Source: Flavobacteriales bacterium (GTDB taxonomy: Bacteria; Bacteroidota; Bacteroidia; CAIKAF01). From it: a DNA stretch of 64,000 nucleotides. The DNA lies in the NCBI GenBank assembly GCA_025451235.1, contig JANWKT010000013.1, forward strand, positions 81,317 through 145,316, read 5' to 3'. Positions 41,189 through 50,506 of the stretch are shown in pieces. Each line of letters starts with the position of its first letter. The stretch's first letter is position 1. The translations under genes were made by a program, and so were the position numbers. A model generated the notes under the pieces. That model worked only from the letters and a program-made list of their open reading frames with translations, was not told the origin of the DNA and did no database searches.

Positions 41189-42367
41189 CTATTCTTTTAT
41201 AAAACGGGTACTGCCCATCGTACCATTTGCAGTTTTTATTTGTAATATATAAACACCTTCGGAAAGATCTTCTACCGAGAAAATATTTTTTGTTTCTGAT
41301 TGCACCAATTCACCCAACATATTATAGATAAATGCCGTCTCCATTTTTTCTTTCGAATCTATATTCAATATTTGGGAGGTTGGATTGGGAAATACGGATA
41401 CTTGTAAATTTTCATTCATATCATTCATGCTGGCAGAACCGGCGGTGTACTTATAAATGTATCCATTACCTCCAACCGCGTAGCCCACCGTGGTGGATGG
41501 AAAATGAATGGAAAGTAAATTAACGGGACATACTCCGGTTTGAGCAGTCCAGGTAGTTCCTCCGTTTGTGGTTGACAAAACATCTCCACCACTAACTGCC
41601 CAACCATGTGTATTGGAAGCAAAATGGATTGATGCGATATGGGTAGTGATCCCGGAAGTTTGTGGATTCCAATTAGCCCCACCATCTGTAGTGTGTAGAA
41701 TAACACCACCATTTCCGGCTATCCACCCTTCGCTTTGCGATACAAATGAAATACTGTTTAACCCTGAAGCAACTCCTGATGGCTGCACTGTCCAATTGGT
41801 TCCTCCATCTGTTGTTTTGGAAATTGTTCCAACCTGATCTACCACCCAACCATGTAATCCTGAAAATTCGCAATCGGCCATGTTAAGAGCAGAAGTTGAA
41901 TGAGGATTCCAATTTGCCCCACCGTCGCCTGATACCGCAAAACCTCCCATTTCTCCACATACCCATAAATTTGATGCATCCATCCAAACTCCTGTTAAGT
42001 TCAACGGAGCCCCTGTTGGAACTCCTGTCCAACTAGCTCCACCATCGGTTGTTCTTAATACCATTCCGGCGGTACTGGTTACATAACCATATCCTCCAAC
42101 AAAGTGTACGTCGGATATGGCAGTACTTATTCCTGAAGTTTGTGTAGTCCAGGTTGTTCCTCCATCAGTAGTTGCCAAAATAACTCCTCCGGTTCCAACC
42201 GCCCATCCCGTTGTGGCTGAACTAAAGTAAACTGAACTGAGACCCGCTGATGTGCCCGATGTTTGTGGTGTCCAAGATTGTGCATTGGCGAAAAAAAATG
42301 TTGAATAAAGAATAGATGCTGATAGTAGTAGTTTTTTCATGATCTTCTGTTTTAATTTATACCGCAA
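41189..42367 (-). CDS. T9SS-secreted protein with YCF48/BNR-like (TTDGGTTWT) repeats
   Basis: 392 aa. At least 6 repeats of 'TTDGG(T/A)(T/N)W'. C-terminal CTD 'VFPNPTSQILNIDSKEKMETAFIYNMLGELV..GVYILQIKTANGTMGSTRFIKE'. Confidence 0.85.
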   Translation of the reverse strand: MRYKLKQKIMKKLLLSASILYSTFFFANAQSWTPQTSGTSAGLSSVYFSSATTGWAVGTGGVILATTDGGTTWTTQTSGISTAISDVHFVGGYGYVTSTAGMVLRTTDGGASWTGVPTGAPLNLTGVWMDASNLWVCGEMGGFAVSGDGGANWNPHSTSALNMADCEFSGLHGWVVDQVGTISKTTDGGTNWTVQPSGVASGLNSISFVSQSEGWIAGNGGVILHTTDGGANWNPQTSGITTHIASIHFASNTHGWAVSGGDVLSTTNGGTTWTAQTGVCPVNLLSIHFPSTTVGYAVGGNGYIYKYTAGSASMNDMNENLQVSVFPNPTSQILNIDSKEKMETAFIYNMLGELVQSETKNIFSVEDLSEGVYILQIKTANGTMGSTRFIKE

Positions 42368-42456
42368 GGATATAGTATACTTGAGTACGGAGGCGCTTGT
42401 TTTTAACGAATGGACAATTGGGTTCAGGAATGGTGGTTGGGGCCCGGGGTGAAGCG

Positions 42457-42669
42457 GCCCGCCCGAACGTATCGTTCGATACGGGCGGGCATCCTTTTTT
42501 TGGTTTTTTTATTTGCTATGCGATTCTGTTCTTCGCTGCAGGGGGCCCCATCTGGAGATGGGGATCATTTTTAAAATCATAGCAGCGCTTCGAACCACCG
42601 CCGGTGGTTCGAAGCGCTGCTATAAAAAGTTGATCGGATTCCCAGCTCCAGCTGGGATCCCCTGGATTG
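42457..42669. repeat. Cluster of four GC-rich hairpins/palindromes (candidate terminators or small structured RNA)
   Basis: gcccgcccg..cgggcgggc followed by a T9 run (42457-42510). ccccatc-tgga-gatgggg (42546-42563). A perfect 44 bp palindrome tagcagcgcttcgaaccaccg|ccggtggttcgaagcgctgcta (42581-42624). ggat.cccagc..gctggg.atcc (42645-42669). Confidence 0.6.
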
Positions 42670-42737
42670 AAAGAAAAAGCCACCCATGTAAAAACGAAAA
42701 AAAGATACAGCGGAGCACCGGTAAAGCCGCCCAAAAT

Positions 42738-43490
42738 CTACGAAGTAATCGCCGCTTCGAACTCTGCCTTTTTGTATTTGGAAAGTTTTGCCACCAATCC
42801 GTTGCTGAGTTGTATAGATAACTCCGATTTTGAATAATGCTGAATAAATTTTTTGTTGATCAACCACGATTTATGTACCCTGATAAATTTGGGCAGACTT
42901 TCAAGGACAGTCTCGAAATGTTTCAGGTTTTTGCTGGCCACATAGTTTTTACCCGTTGTATGGATCGTACAATACGATTCCTGTGCCTCAATAGCCATTA
43001 TATTTTCAATGGCAATAATATGCTGCTGCCCTTTATCAGTTACTACAATATTTTTAAGCTCTTTGGACTCTAAAGTATTGCTCAATAATGATAAACGTTC
43101 GGCCTGTTGTTCAATGGCATGTTTTTGTTGTACCCTGTCAACGGCCAGTTTTAGGCGGCCAATATCCACGGGTTTTAGCAAATAGTCAATGGCTGCAATT
43201 TCAAATGCACGGACCGCATGTTGATCGTAAGCCGTTACAAAAATGATATCAAAATTGATCTCTTTAAAAAAACTCACTATTTCGAAACCTGCATAGTTGG
43301 GCATTTCAATATCCAAAAATACCAGGTCTGGCTTTTCCCGGTTGATCACCTCTACCGCCTGCACTACATTTTCGCATTTGGAAATGAGTTCAACTTCGGG
43401 ACAAAAACGTAATAGGAGGTTTTGAAGTACGTCTCTTGCACTTTCCTCATCATCTACCAATATGGCCCTTAGTTTATTCACCGGTTGCAA
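42738..43490 (-). CDS. LytTR-family two-component response regulator
   Basis: Receiver domain with phospho-acceptor 'LVFLDIEMP'. C-terminal LytTR DNA-binding domain. Confidence 0.88.
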   Translation of the reverse strand: MQPVNKLRAILVDDEESARDVLQNLLLRFCPEVELISKCENVVQAVEVINREKPDLVFLDIEMPNYAGFEIVSFFKEINFDIIFVTAYDQHAVRAFEIAAIDYLLKPVDIGRLKLAVDRVQQKHAIEQQAERLSLLSNTLESKELKNIVVTDKGQQHIIAIENIMAIEAQESYCTIHTTGKNYVASKNLKHFETVLESLPKFIRVHKSWLINKKFIQHYSKSELSIQLSNGLVAKLSKYKKAEFEAAITS

Positions 43491-43557
43491 ACTTATTATA
43501 AGAGAGGGGGTATTTTATTTTTAATTCAGCAATCATCGTATTTGGTTCAGCAATGGA

Positions 43558-46410
43558 TCAAAATTTTCGTTTGATGGGAATGGTCAATATGACTTTGGTG
43601 CCCGAAGGTTGGTTGTTTTCATACAGGTCTTCATATATATATCCAAACTGACCTTTAAAAACGTTGCTCAGGATCTCAAAACGTTTATGAATTGCTTTAC
43701 CTGAGAAAGATTCATGGTCGGATCTTTGACGTAGTTTGATGGTTTTGGCTTGTTCTCTTCCAATTCCATTGTCTTCAATGGTACAGGTCAATACCTCTTT
43801 TAATTCAAAAGATATTTTCAGGTTTTTTGCTCCTTCCTTATGCAGGAGTCCATGTACCAATGCATTTTCAATAAAGGGTTGGATAAGAAGTGGTGGCAGC
43901 ATAATATCTTCTACATTCCTGGTATCAATGCTATAGTTCAGGTCTTTTTTATACCTCAACTTTTCCAGGGATAAATACAACTCCAACAATTTAATTTCCT
44001 GGTCAAAATCTATAAAATCTTTCTCCGAGTAATTTAAAGTCCTCCGCACCAGGTTCGAAAAAGTGGTAATATAGGAATAGGAATGTTCCACATCCCCTTT
44101 GAGGATCAGGTCTTGTATGGAGTTGAGCGAATTGAAAATAAAGTGAGGATTCATTTGCGATTGGATAGCAGTTAGCTTGGAGGCATTGAGCTCGCTGAGT
44201 TGCTTTGCCTTTTTATTCTGGATCTTTAACTGCCACCGATAAATGAAATATACGATGCCTAAAAATAAGACAACCACCGCAGCAATAAACCACACATGCG
44301 CATAAAAGGGTTTTTCAATAGTGAACGAGTAAGAGATCACCGGACTGAATACTCCCTGGTTCTCTGCTTTTAGTTGGAAGGTATATGTGCCCGGTGCCAG
44401 CGCATTGTAAATAACCTCATTTTGCTGGTAGGATTGGGTTTTCCATTCATCGTCGTATCCAACCAATTGATAATAGTAGGAAATGTTCTCCCGGTCTTTT
44501 AAGGTGGGTGAAGAAAAAGTAAATTGAATTTTACGTTCGTTGTTTTTGAAAATACCTTTTTGAAAATCGGTTATAGGCCGGTCGTTTACTTTTATTTCAT
44601 CGAAACGAACAACTGGCTGGGGAATATTGGACCGTACATGGTTGATCGCCACTTGCTGGACGCCTCCGGAGTGGCATACCCATAATGCTTCATCCTGAAG
44701 CGCAAAATCGATGATGCGATTTGACTTGAATCTATAGACCGAATGAATGGAAGTGATGAGTTTTCCACTCATGTCGAAACGGAAAAGTCCGTTGGTGGAA
44801 TTTCCGATCAGGGTGTTTTGATAAATGATGATTTTTTTAAGATCTTCCACTTTTCCGTTCACTATGGGTTGGATAGCACCTGTCACTTTTTTGTCTTCAA
44901 TAACAAGTACACCCTTCTTACGGGTATTGGCAAAGATCTTTCCATGGGAAAAGTAAAGGTCAGTCGGGAAAATATCGGTCCCCTCGTATAGGATCTTTTC
45001 TGATCTTCCGGAGGGAAGTAACACCAGCAATCCCTCGGCTGTTGAAGTATACAGACACTTATTTTCAGGGTTATATTCCAGCCAATAGACCCTTTGTTTG
45101 ATCTCGGGTACAGGTATTACAAAATAGGAATGAAGATTGTTCGGTTCTACCCTGATAATTCCATTATTGGTTCCCAGGTAAAACTCATCATTGGAAACGA
45201 TGGCCGCATCTTTTAAGGAGGATTCAGAAAGATCGATCACCTGACCTGTGTTTTTATTATATGCCCGGATGTATCCATTGTCAAACAGGATCATCTCACT
45301 ATTCTCATTTCCATAAATTCCTTTTATAGGATGGTTGCCCTGGTCGGCAATGATGTGGAGTTGACCGTGGAGATAATAGATGAGTTTTCCCTTAGAGGTA
45401 CCCAGGAAGAGACCCTGGACCGGATCGGCATACATGGCAGTAACAGGATCATCTCTGAAGGAATTCATTACATCCGGAATTTCCAGATCGGGAATAACGA
45501 GTACTCCCTTGTCGAAAGTGCTCAGCAGGATATTGCCTTCATGGTCTTTGTAAACATTTGAAATAAAATAATCCTGGTAGAAAAGGTAATTCCTTACCCC
45601 AGTCATCTGATCTTTAAAGAATGTCACCCCTGGAAAAGCACCTGCTGCCCAAACCTCGTTGCCGGTTTCATAGATCCTCGTGGACCCTTCTATTCCGGAT
45701 AGTCCAGTTGTTCCCATGGATGTTAATTGAAAAGTAGACTGGTTATAGTTATACAATGACCTTGTTCTTACATCAAATGCATGCGAATTTCCATGGATAT
45801 TGAAAAATTTTAAAACGGATTGGGAAGTTAATTGTCCTGGACCCATGTTTAAACCCTGCATAAAAATTTTTCCGCTGGAGTACATCAAAACCGAATCACT
45901 CCCAGTTAGGTGAAACTGAATTTCTTTTTTTGCATTGATAAAAGCAGGACCTAAAGAATGCCCATGGAGTGCTTGACGTTCCATCACCTTTCCATTTTTA
46001 TTCAACACGATCACTTTAGCTGCTCCAATCACTAACTCATCCTCCTGCCCAATTGCCAGACTTATATCTGCTTTTGCTTCATCTTTCTGCAGTTCGTATA
46101 CAAGTTTACATTCCATATCAACGATTTGGAATACCTGATTGTTGAGGTTATGACAATAGATCATTCCCTGCCGGTCTATTTCAAAATTGAAGACAGAATT
46201 GGTTTTGGCCTCATCACATTCTATTTTTTCATACGTATAATAATCATAATGATAAATCCCTTCATTGGTGGCAAACAAATAGTTCAATTCTTTGTCTTGT
46301 ATTACATCATAGATCTGGATCCCCCTGAATTCTTCTTCACCTAAGATGAAATAAGCAGGTTGCTGGGCATGGAGGTTGGCATTGAGCGATACCATGAATA
46401 GCAGAAACAA
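43558..46410 (-). CDS. Sensor histidine kinase (LytS-type) with periplasmic beta-propeller / Y_Y_Y sensor region
   Basis: 950 aa. TM 'VWFIAAVVVLFLGIVYFIY'. His_kinase motif 'MNPHFIFNSLNSIQDLI'. C-terminal HATPase 'IEDNGIG'. Confidence 0.85.
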   Translation of the reverse strand: MFLLFMVSLNANLHAQQPAYFILGEEEFRGIQIYDVIQDKELNYLFATNEGIYHYDYYTYEKIECDEAKTNSVFNFEIDRQGMIYCHNLNNQVFQIVDMECKLVYELQKDEAKADISLAIGQEDELVIGAAKVIVLNKNGKVMERQALHGHSLGPAFINAKKEIQFHLTGSDSVLMYSSGKIFMQGLNMGPGQLTSQSVLKFFNIHGNSHAFDVRTRSLYNYNQSTFQLTSMGTTGLSGIEGSTRIYETGNEVWAAGAFPGVTFFKDQMTGVRNYLFYQDYFISNVYKDHEGNILLSTFDKGVLVIPDLEIPDVMNSFRDDPVTAMYADPVQGLFLGTSKGKLIYYLHGQLHIIADQGNHPIKGIYGNENSEMILFDNGYIRAYNKNTGQVIDLSESSLKDAAIVSNDEFYLGTNNGIIRVEPNNLHSYFVIPVPEIKQRVYWLEYNPENKCLYTSTAEGLLVLLPSGRSEKILYEGTDIFPTDLYFSHGKIFANTRKKGVLVIEDKKVTGAIQPIVNGKVEDLKKIIIYQNTLIGNSTNGLFRFDMSGKLITSIHSVYRFKSNRIIDFALQDEALWVCHSGGVQQVAINHVRSNIPQPVVRFDEIKVNDRPITDFQKGIFKNNERKIQFTFSSPTLKDRENISYYYQLVGYDDEWKTQSYQQNEVIYNALAPGTYTFQLKAENQGVFSPVISYSFTIEKPFYAHVWFIAAVVVLFLGIVYFIYRWQLKIQNKKAKQLSELNASKLTAIQSQMNPHFIFNSLNSIQDLILKGDVEHSYSYITTFSNLVRRTLNYSEKDFIDFDQEIKLLELYLSLEKLRYKKDLNYSIDTRNVEDIMLPPLLIQPFIENALVHGLLHKEGAKNLKISFELKEVLTCTIEDNGIGREQAKTIKLRQRSDHESFSGKAIHKRFEILSNVFKGQFGYIYEDLYENNQPSGTKVILTIPIKRKF

Positions 46411-46597
46411 ATATGCTGCTGTATGCAGAAATGTTTTTGAATAGGTAGGTATGTGGGAATGGTGAGTGATGGGGGCTTAGATTTGTGTACAACGAAAGTA
46501 GGATTTTTTGAGGAATTCCTGGTTTGTCGTCCAGCTGATGTTTTTTTTAGTTCCCGTAGACGTTTTTATCTGATTTGGCTGTGGGCTCGTGTGGTTT

Positions 46598-46775
46598 GTT
46601 CCCGCAGATCTCGCAGATTTTCGCAGGCTTTTTTCTATCGTCACAATACCATTCGGCTGACTGCATTTCGCAGATCAGAGGCGCCACGGCGCCTCATCTG
46701 CGAGATAAGAGCAGCCGAATGGGAAGGCAGGGCAAAAGCCCTTCTTAAGCGAAAATCAGCGAGATCTGCGGGAAC
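46598..46775. repeat. MITE-like small element, copy A
   Basis: Terminal inverted repeats gttcccgcagatctcgcagattt (46598-46620) and aaatcagcgagatctgcgggaac (46753-46775). Internal palindrome tcgcagat..gaggcgcc..ggcgcctc..atctgcga. A second copy lies at 62150-62316. Confidence 0.7.
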
Positions 46776-46880
46776 AAAATGATTATTGCCAACTATGGAC
46801 ATATTCCAGTACAAGAGGTCCGAAGATTTTTAACACTCCTTCCGCCAATTATTTTTAATTTTCTGAACTATCCTGAAAGT

Positions 46881-47756
46881 CTAAAGCGCCTTATAAAAAC
46901 TCCTCTCCTTGATCTCATCCACTATATATTTTTTATCCGGAGCTTCCGTTTTATTCATATAGATCATTCTCCAATAATGAGGTAAGTTCCTATCCGGATA
47001 TACATTGCTCACGGGGATTTGATAGGGAAGTCCATGGAGGTTGAAAGATACCATCCAGTTGTTCGCATTGATATTTTTAATCGTGAGCTCATTGATGGCT
47101 TTGTCCAGATCTGCTTTAAATTGTTTTTTATCGACCAGCCCCAACAGTTGGGTTTCTGATTTCTCGAAAAATGTTTCCAAACTACCGGCACAGATCAATT
47201 CGATCACAATGGCCCGGATGGCTTCTTCTTTTCTTTTTAAATTTAACAATAGCTCCACTTTCCAATCGAGCATATAGGCTTGTTCCAGGCTTACATTGGT
47301 GGCACTCCCTTCGAAACCCCAATACCTGTAAACGGTATCGGCCTGGTCTAACCATTTCAACGCTTCTACATAATTCGAATCGATGGCATATAATCCTGCC
47401 AAAGCAGCTGCCGACTTATGCTTATAATTGGTATGGGGTTCCATTAAAGAACCTGTTTCATCGCTGTCTTTCAGATCTGAATCCAGGATCCTCTTGTACC
47501 AGGTCTTGGCTTTGTCGTATTCTTTCATTTGCCAATAGACCGTTGGGATATTAAAAAATGCATTTCCATAGGTATCGTATTTCTTGCCCACCTTATTTTC
47601 TACCATATAGGTCCAGACCGCAATGGTGGAATCCAGCTTCCCCTCATTATAAAAATCCAAGCCTTTGTTGAACATGCTGAGCCCAGTGGTATCCACCGTT
47701 TTTTGGGCAAAGGCGTAGGAGGTGATGAAGAGGAGGGAGAGGAAGATGGTTTTCAT
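46881..47756 (-). CDS. TPR-repeat secreted protein
   Basis: Signal peptide 'MKTIFLSLLFITSYAFAQ'. TPR-like helical repeats (W/Y-rich). Confidence 0.6.
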   Translation of the reverse strand: MKTIFLSLLFITSYAFAQKTVDTTGLSMFNKGLDFYNEGKLDSTIAVWTYMVENKVGKKYDTYGNAFFNIPTVYWQMKEYDKAKTWYKRILDSDLKDSDETGSLMEPHTNYKHKSAAALAGLYAIDSNYVEALKWLDQADTVYRYWGFEGSATNVSLEQAYMLDWKVELLLNLKRKEEAIRAIVIELICAGSLETFFEKSETQLLGLVDKKQFKADLDKAINELTIKNINANNWMVSFNLHGLPYQIPVSNVYPDRNLPHYWRMIYMNKTEAPDKKYIVDEIKERSFYKAL

Positions 47757-47841
47757 ATCATGGTTTTTGTATAGCGAAGATAACGAATAAGGGGGGATTT
47801 TAGTGTGGGGGGAGGCGGTATATGTCTTTATGGGAAGAAAA

Positions 47842-48267
47842 TTACCCTAGCATTTCCAAAATTTTCTTTGTTATTGACGGTGGGAATATGCTACAAGACT
47901 CCCAAGCTTCAAGTGTGATTCCTAGCTTTTTCAAATTAAGTTTGACATTATCTGATACGGTTTTGTAGTTTGATTCGCATCTTTTTGCTATTTCTTTTTT
48001 TGATAGGACAAATTCGATTTCCTCCCCTAGCGCCTGCTTTAGCCTAACAGTGTCCCAATATCTAAGCCATCTCATTTCATTCCATTTTTTATGTGGAATT
48101 TCATTTTGAAAAAATTTTATCCATTTAGATAAGGTAGGTCGAGTTATTCCGTAATCCTTGGCAATTGCTTCTTTTGATTTTCTGGTACTAACAAGTATGA
48201 AAAAAGAAATAATAAAAACGAGAAGAATTACTGCATTTTTGAATGAATCTGAGAGCTGCTTTTCCAT
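47842..48267 (-). CDS. Membrane-anchored helix-turn-helix protein
   Basis: N-terminal TM 'AVILLVFIISFFILV' then HTH 'KEAIAKDYGITRPTLSKWIKFF'. At the edge of the AT-rich island. Confidence 0.5.
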   Translation of the reverse strand: MEKQLSDSFKNAVILLVFIISFFILVSTRKSKEAIAKDYGITRPTLSKWIKFFQNEIPHKKWNEMRWLRYWDTVRLKQALGEEIEFVLSKKEIAKRCESNYKTVSDNVKLNLKKLGITLEAWESCSIFPPSITKKILEMLG

Positions 48268-48422
48268 ATAGTTTAATAATTTGCAACAAAGATAGATTCA
48301 GCCTAAAAATAGATCTAAACTTTTTGCAATATTCTCTGAATGACTATATAAATAATTGGTTGTGTGATATTTATATTCAACTAGCAGAATTAGCGTATTG
48401 TAACGAAGAATTATTTACCACG

Positions 48423-48474
48423 CTAGACCACCTTAGTCCGTTACGCTGCTAGGCTACCCAAGTCCGCTACGCTG
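48423..48474. repeat. Two adjacent imperfect 26-bp direct repeats
   Basis: ctagaccaccttagtccgttacgctg / ctaggctacccaagtccgctacgctg, followed by the palindrome ccgat-ttataaata-tcgg. Confidence 0.55.
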
Positions 48475-48625
48475 TTACCGATTTATAAATATCGGAACTT
48501 TAATTTAAACTACAATGATAGCGTGGCGTAAATTTCAAAATACGCCCAGGCGGGTTAGTAGCAGTACACTTTAAATTGGCCGTATCGCAGGTAATGTGGA
48601 AAATATACAGTTAGCTGTTGGCGTT

Positions 48626-49684
48626 TCATTTTTTAAAAGATTTTTGAAGTCTTTCAAATACTTTCTCCAAAAACAGATAGTTAACATCAAATTCATTTGA
48701 TACTGAGAATTCATAAAGTATATAATGATTCACCTCGTGCAAAATACTAATAGTGAATTGCATTGGATCAATGAATGCTTTTAATTCAATATCTTGATCT
48801 AACAATTTTGGTAAAACTATTTTGTTCCTAGTCATGAATTGTTGTAATCCATTGAAGTTTGAATGAATTTGTTCACTACATAGAACATAGTATGGTCGAA
48901 ATCTACTCATTTCAGCTCTTTCTTCAAGAACTCTAAAATCTGCTTTTTTATTTCCTAGAAACAAATCGTCCGCCCATCCAAAATCATTTTTTAAAAAATC
49001 CTTACCATATTTATTTCCGAGTGTCTCTTTAGCTTTATTAAGGTTTATCTCCGTTTTCTTTGGAAGGGGAGGAAACTTTAATGCTTTGTGGTTACTATTG
49101 TAGGCTGCTATCTTTCTTTGAGAATTTCTAATGGAATGCTCGTAGAATTTATTTGAAAGCTCAGCATTATTTTCAAGTGCCAAAACCAGTAGTATAATTG
49201 CATCTTCATACATTGCACGCCAAATAATCATAGCTCCATCTATATATCCACTTACTAATAAGTCAACAATTTCCTGAGCCCTTCTCAACATTAAGCCGTA
49301 TAAGGAAATGTTTATTTTTAAGGTACTGTCAATTCGCTTCCTATTTACCTTAACACTGATTTGCTCATACATATTTGCACAGGCTGTAATGTAAAGGATG
49401 AATGAAATGAAAGAGTCTCTATTATTCTGGACTATTGCACGTTGATTTTTGAAATGAACCTTTAAAAAGTCATCAATTTTAAAGTTGTGGTTTTCTAAAT
49501 AGGTATTTGTTAAAATATCCTCGTAGTCAGATATTATACCATCAAGATTTGATGCAATTTTCTGTGCTATTTCCTTTTCTGAAAGCTTGGATGTGCTAAT
49601 AAGATTAATTAATGTGCTATTAAGGATTTCGCTAAAGTCTTCAAAAAAGAGACCTTCTATTTCTACTTGTTTATATCGTCCCAA
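48626..49684 (-). CDS. Hypothetical protein (unknown family), last gene of 4-gene AT-rich operon
   Basis: 352 aa. No recognisable motif. Codon usage is AT-rich and unlike the flanking genes. Confidence 0.55.
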   Translation of the reverse strand: MGRYKQVEIEGLFFEDFSEILNSTLINLISTSKLSEKEIAQKIASNLDGIISDYEDILTNTYLENHNFKIDDFLKVHFKNQRAIVQNNRDSFISFILYITACANMYEQISVKVNRKRIDSTLKINISLYGLMLRRAQEIVDLLVSGYIDGAMIIWRAMYEDAIILLVLALENNAELSNKFYEHSIRNSQRKIAAYNSNHKALKFPPLPKKTEINLNKAKETLGNKYGKDFLKNDFGWADDLFLGNKKADFRVLEERAEMSRFRPYYVLCSEQIHSNFNGLQQFMTRNKIVLPKLLDQDIELKAFIDPMQFTISILHEVNHYILYEFSVSNEFDVNYLFLEKVFERLQKSFKK

Positions 49685-49709
49685 AATATAACCTTTTAAA
49701 TTGTGTTAT

Positions 49710-50480
49710 TCATTTTTTACCCTTTTCTAATAAAGGCAAAATAGTACTTTTTAATGTCAGCAGCATATACGGTCTTTTAACCTTTCCCTCTTTTAAATAT
49801 TTACTAATAACTCTTGTGACGCCTAAAAAGGATTCTTCAGTATGTTTTTTTGCGTTCAAATATTCCTTCCTTTTAATCTCCCTAGGGTATGACCAATTTG
49901 TACCATCAATATCAACATAAAAGCAATGTTCTTTAATTTGCTGAGCATTTGAAAGCCAATCTTTCTTCTCAATTATAGTTTTGCTCGGTGTTTTTGGTCC
50001 TAATTTTGATTGAATTTCTGCTGTTTGGGTTGCGTTTGCCATTGTCTGACCAATACGTTTAATGTAATTCTCAATCGATTCTCCTTCCCTAATCTGTAAA
50101 TTGTCTTTCTCTGTTAGAATAAAACTATTGATTTTACCATCGAAGTCAATTTTTTTAAGATTTCTGTGGATATGATTGAAAGCACTGGCAATATGAAGGC
50201 GAGTTTCGTGTATATTCTTATATCCTTTGACTTTTTTAAACCCGTAATCTATAAATTCTTTATCCCTAACCCCTATTAAGAAAAAAAATAAAGATTGCGC
50301 TTTTATTAATTCCTCAATCGTAAGCAACTTTAAAGCTGTTGCAAGCGGATATTTTTTCTTAGTTGCCAAGATATCGGCCGCATTGCTAAGATCTCTTGCA
50401 TTTGTATAAATAACCTCTAAGCCATCCTCGATAGTTTCTTCATCAAGCCTTAAAAGAATTTCATAACTAAGTTTCACCAT
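49710..50480 (-). CDS. AbiV-like (abortive infection) family protein, tentative
   Basis: N-terminal 'YTNARDLSNAADILATKKKYPLATALKLLTIEELIKAQSL' resembles the AbiV/Abi_2 N-terminal consensus (NA.rLl.DA..L...YpsA.aLailAiEE.gKa). Confidence 0.5.
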   Translation of the reverse strand: MVKLSYEILLRLDEETIEDGLEVIYTNARDLSNAADILATKKKYPLATALKLLTIEELIKAQSLFFFLIGVRDKEFIDYGFKKVKGYKNIHETRLHIASAFNHIHRNLKKIDFDGKINSFILTEKDNLQIREGESIENYIKRIGQTMANATQTAEIQSKLGPKTPSKTIIEKKDWLSNAQQIKEHCFYVDIDGTNWSYPREIKRKEYLNAKKHTEESFLGVTRVISKYLKEGKVKRPYMLLTLKSTILPLLEKGKK

Positions 50481-50506
50481 TACTTAAAAAATTAATATTT
50501 AAATAT

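Noticed and set aside
42581-42624. tRNA-like 'ggtggttcgaagc' T-arm-like sequence
   Set aside because: It is part of a perfect 44 bp palindrome. No cloverleaf can be drawn, and no anticodon arm is present.
42397-42867. Overlapping ORFs on both strands in the hairpin cluster
   Set aside because: The region is dominated by palindromes. ORFs on both strands mirror each other and encode Gly/Ala/Arg-rich nonsense.
46453-46782. 109-aa ORF 'RRSRRFSQAFFYRHNTIRLTAFRRSEAPRRLICEIRAAEWEGRAKALLKRKSARSAGTK'
   Set aside because: It lies entirely within the MITE-like repeat element, and its Arg-rich sequence derives from the palindromic DNA.
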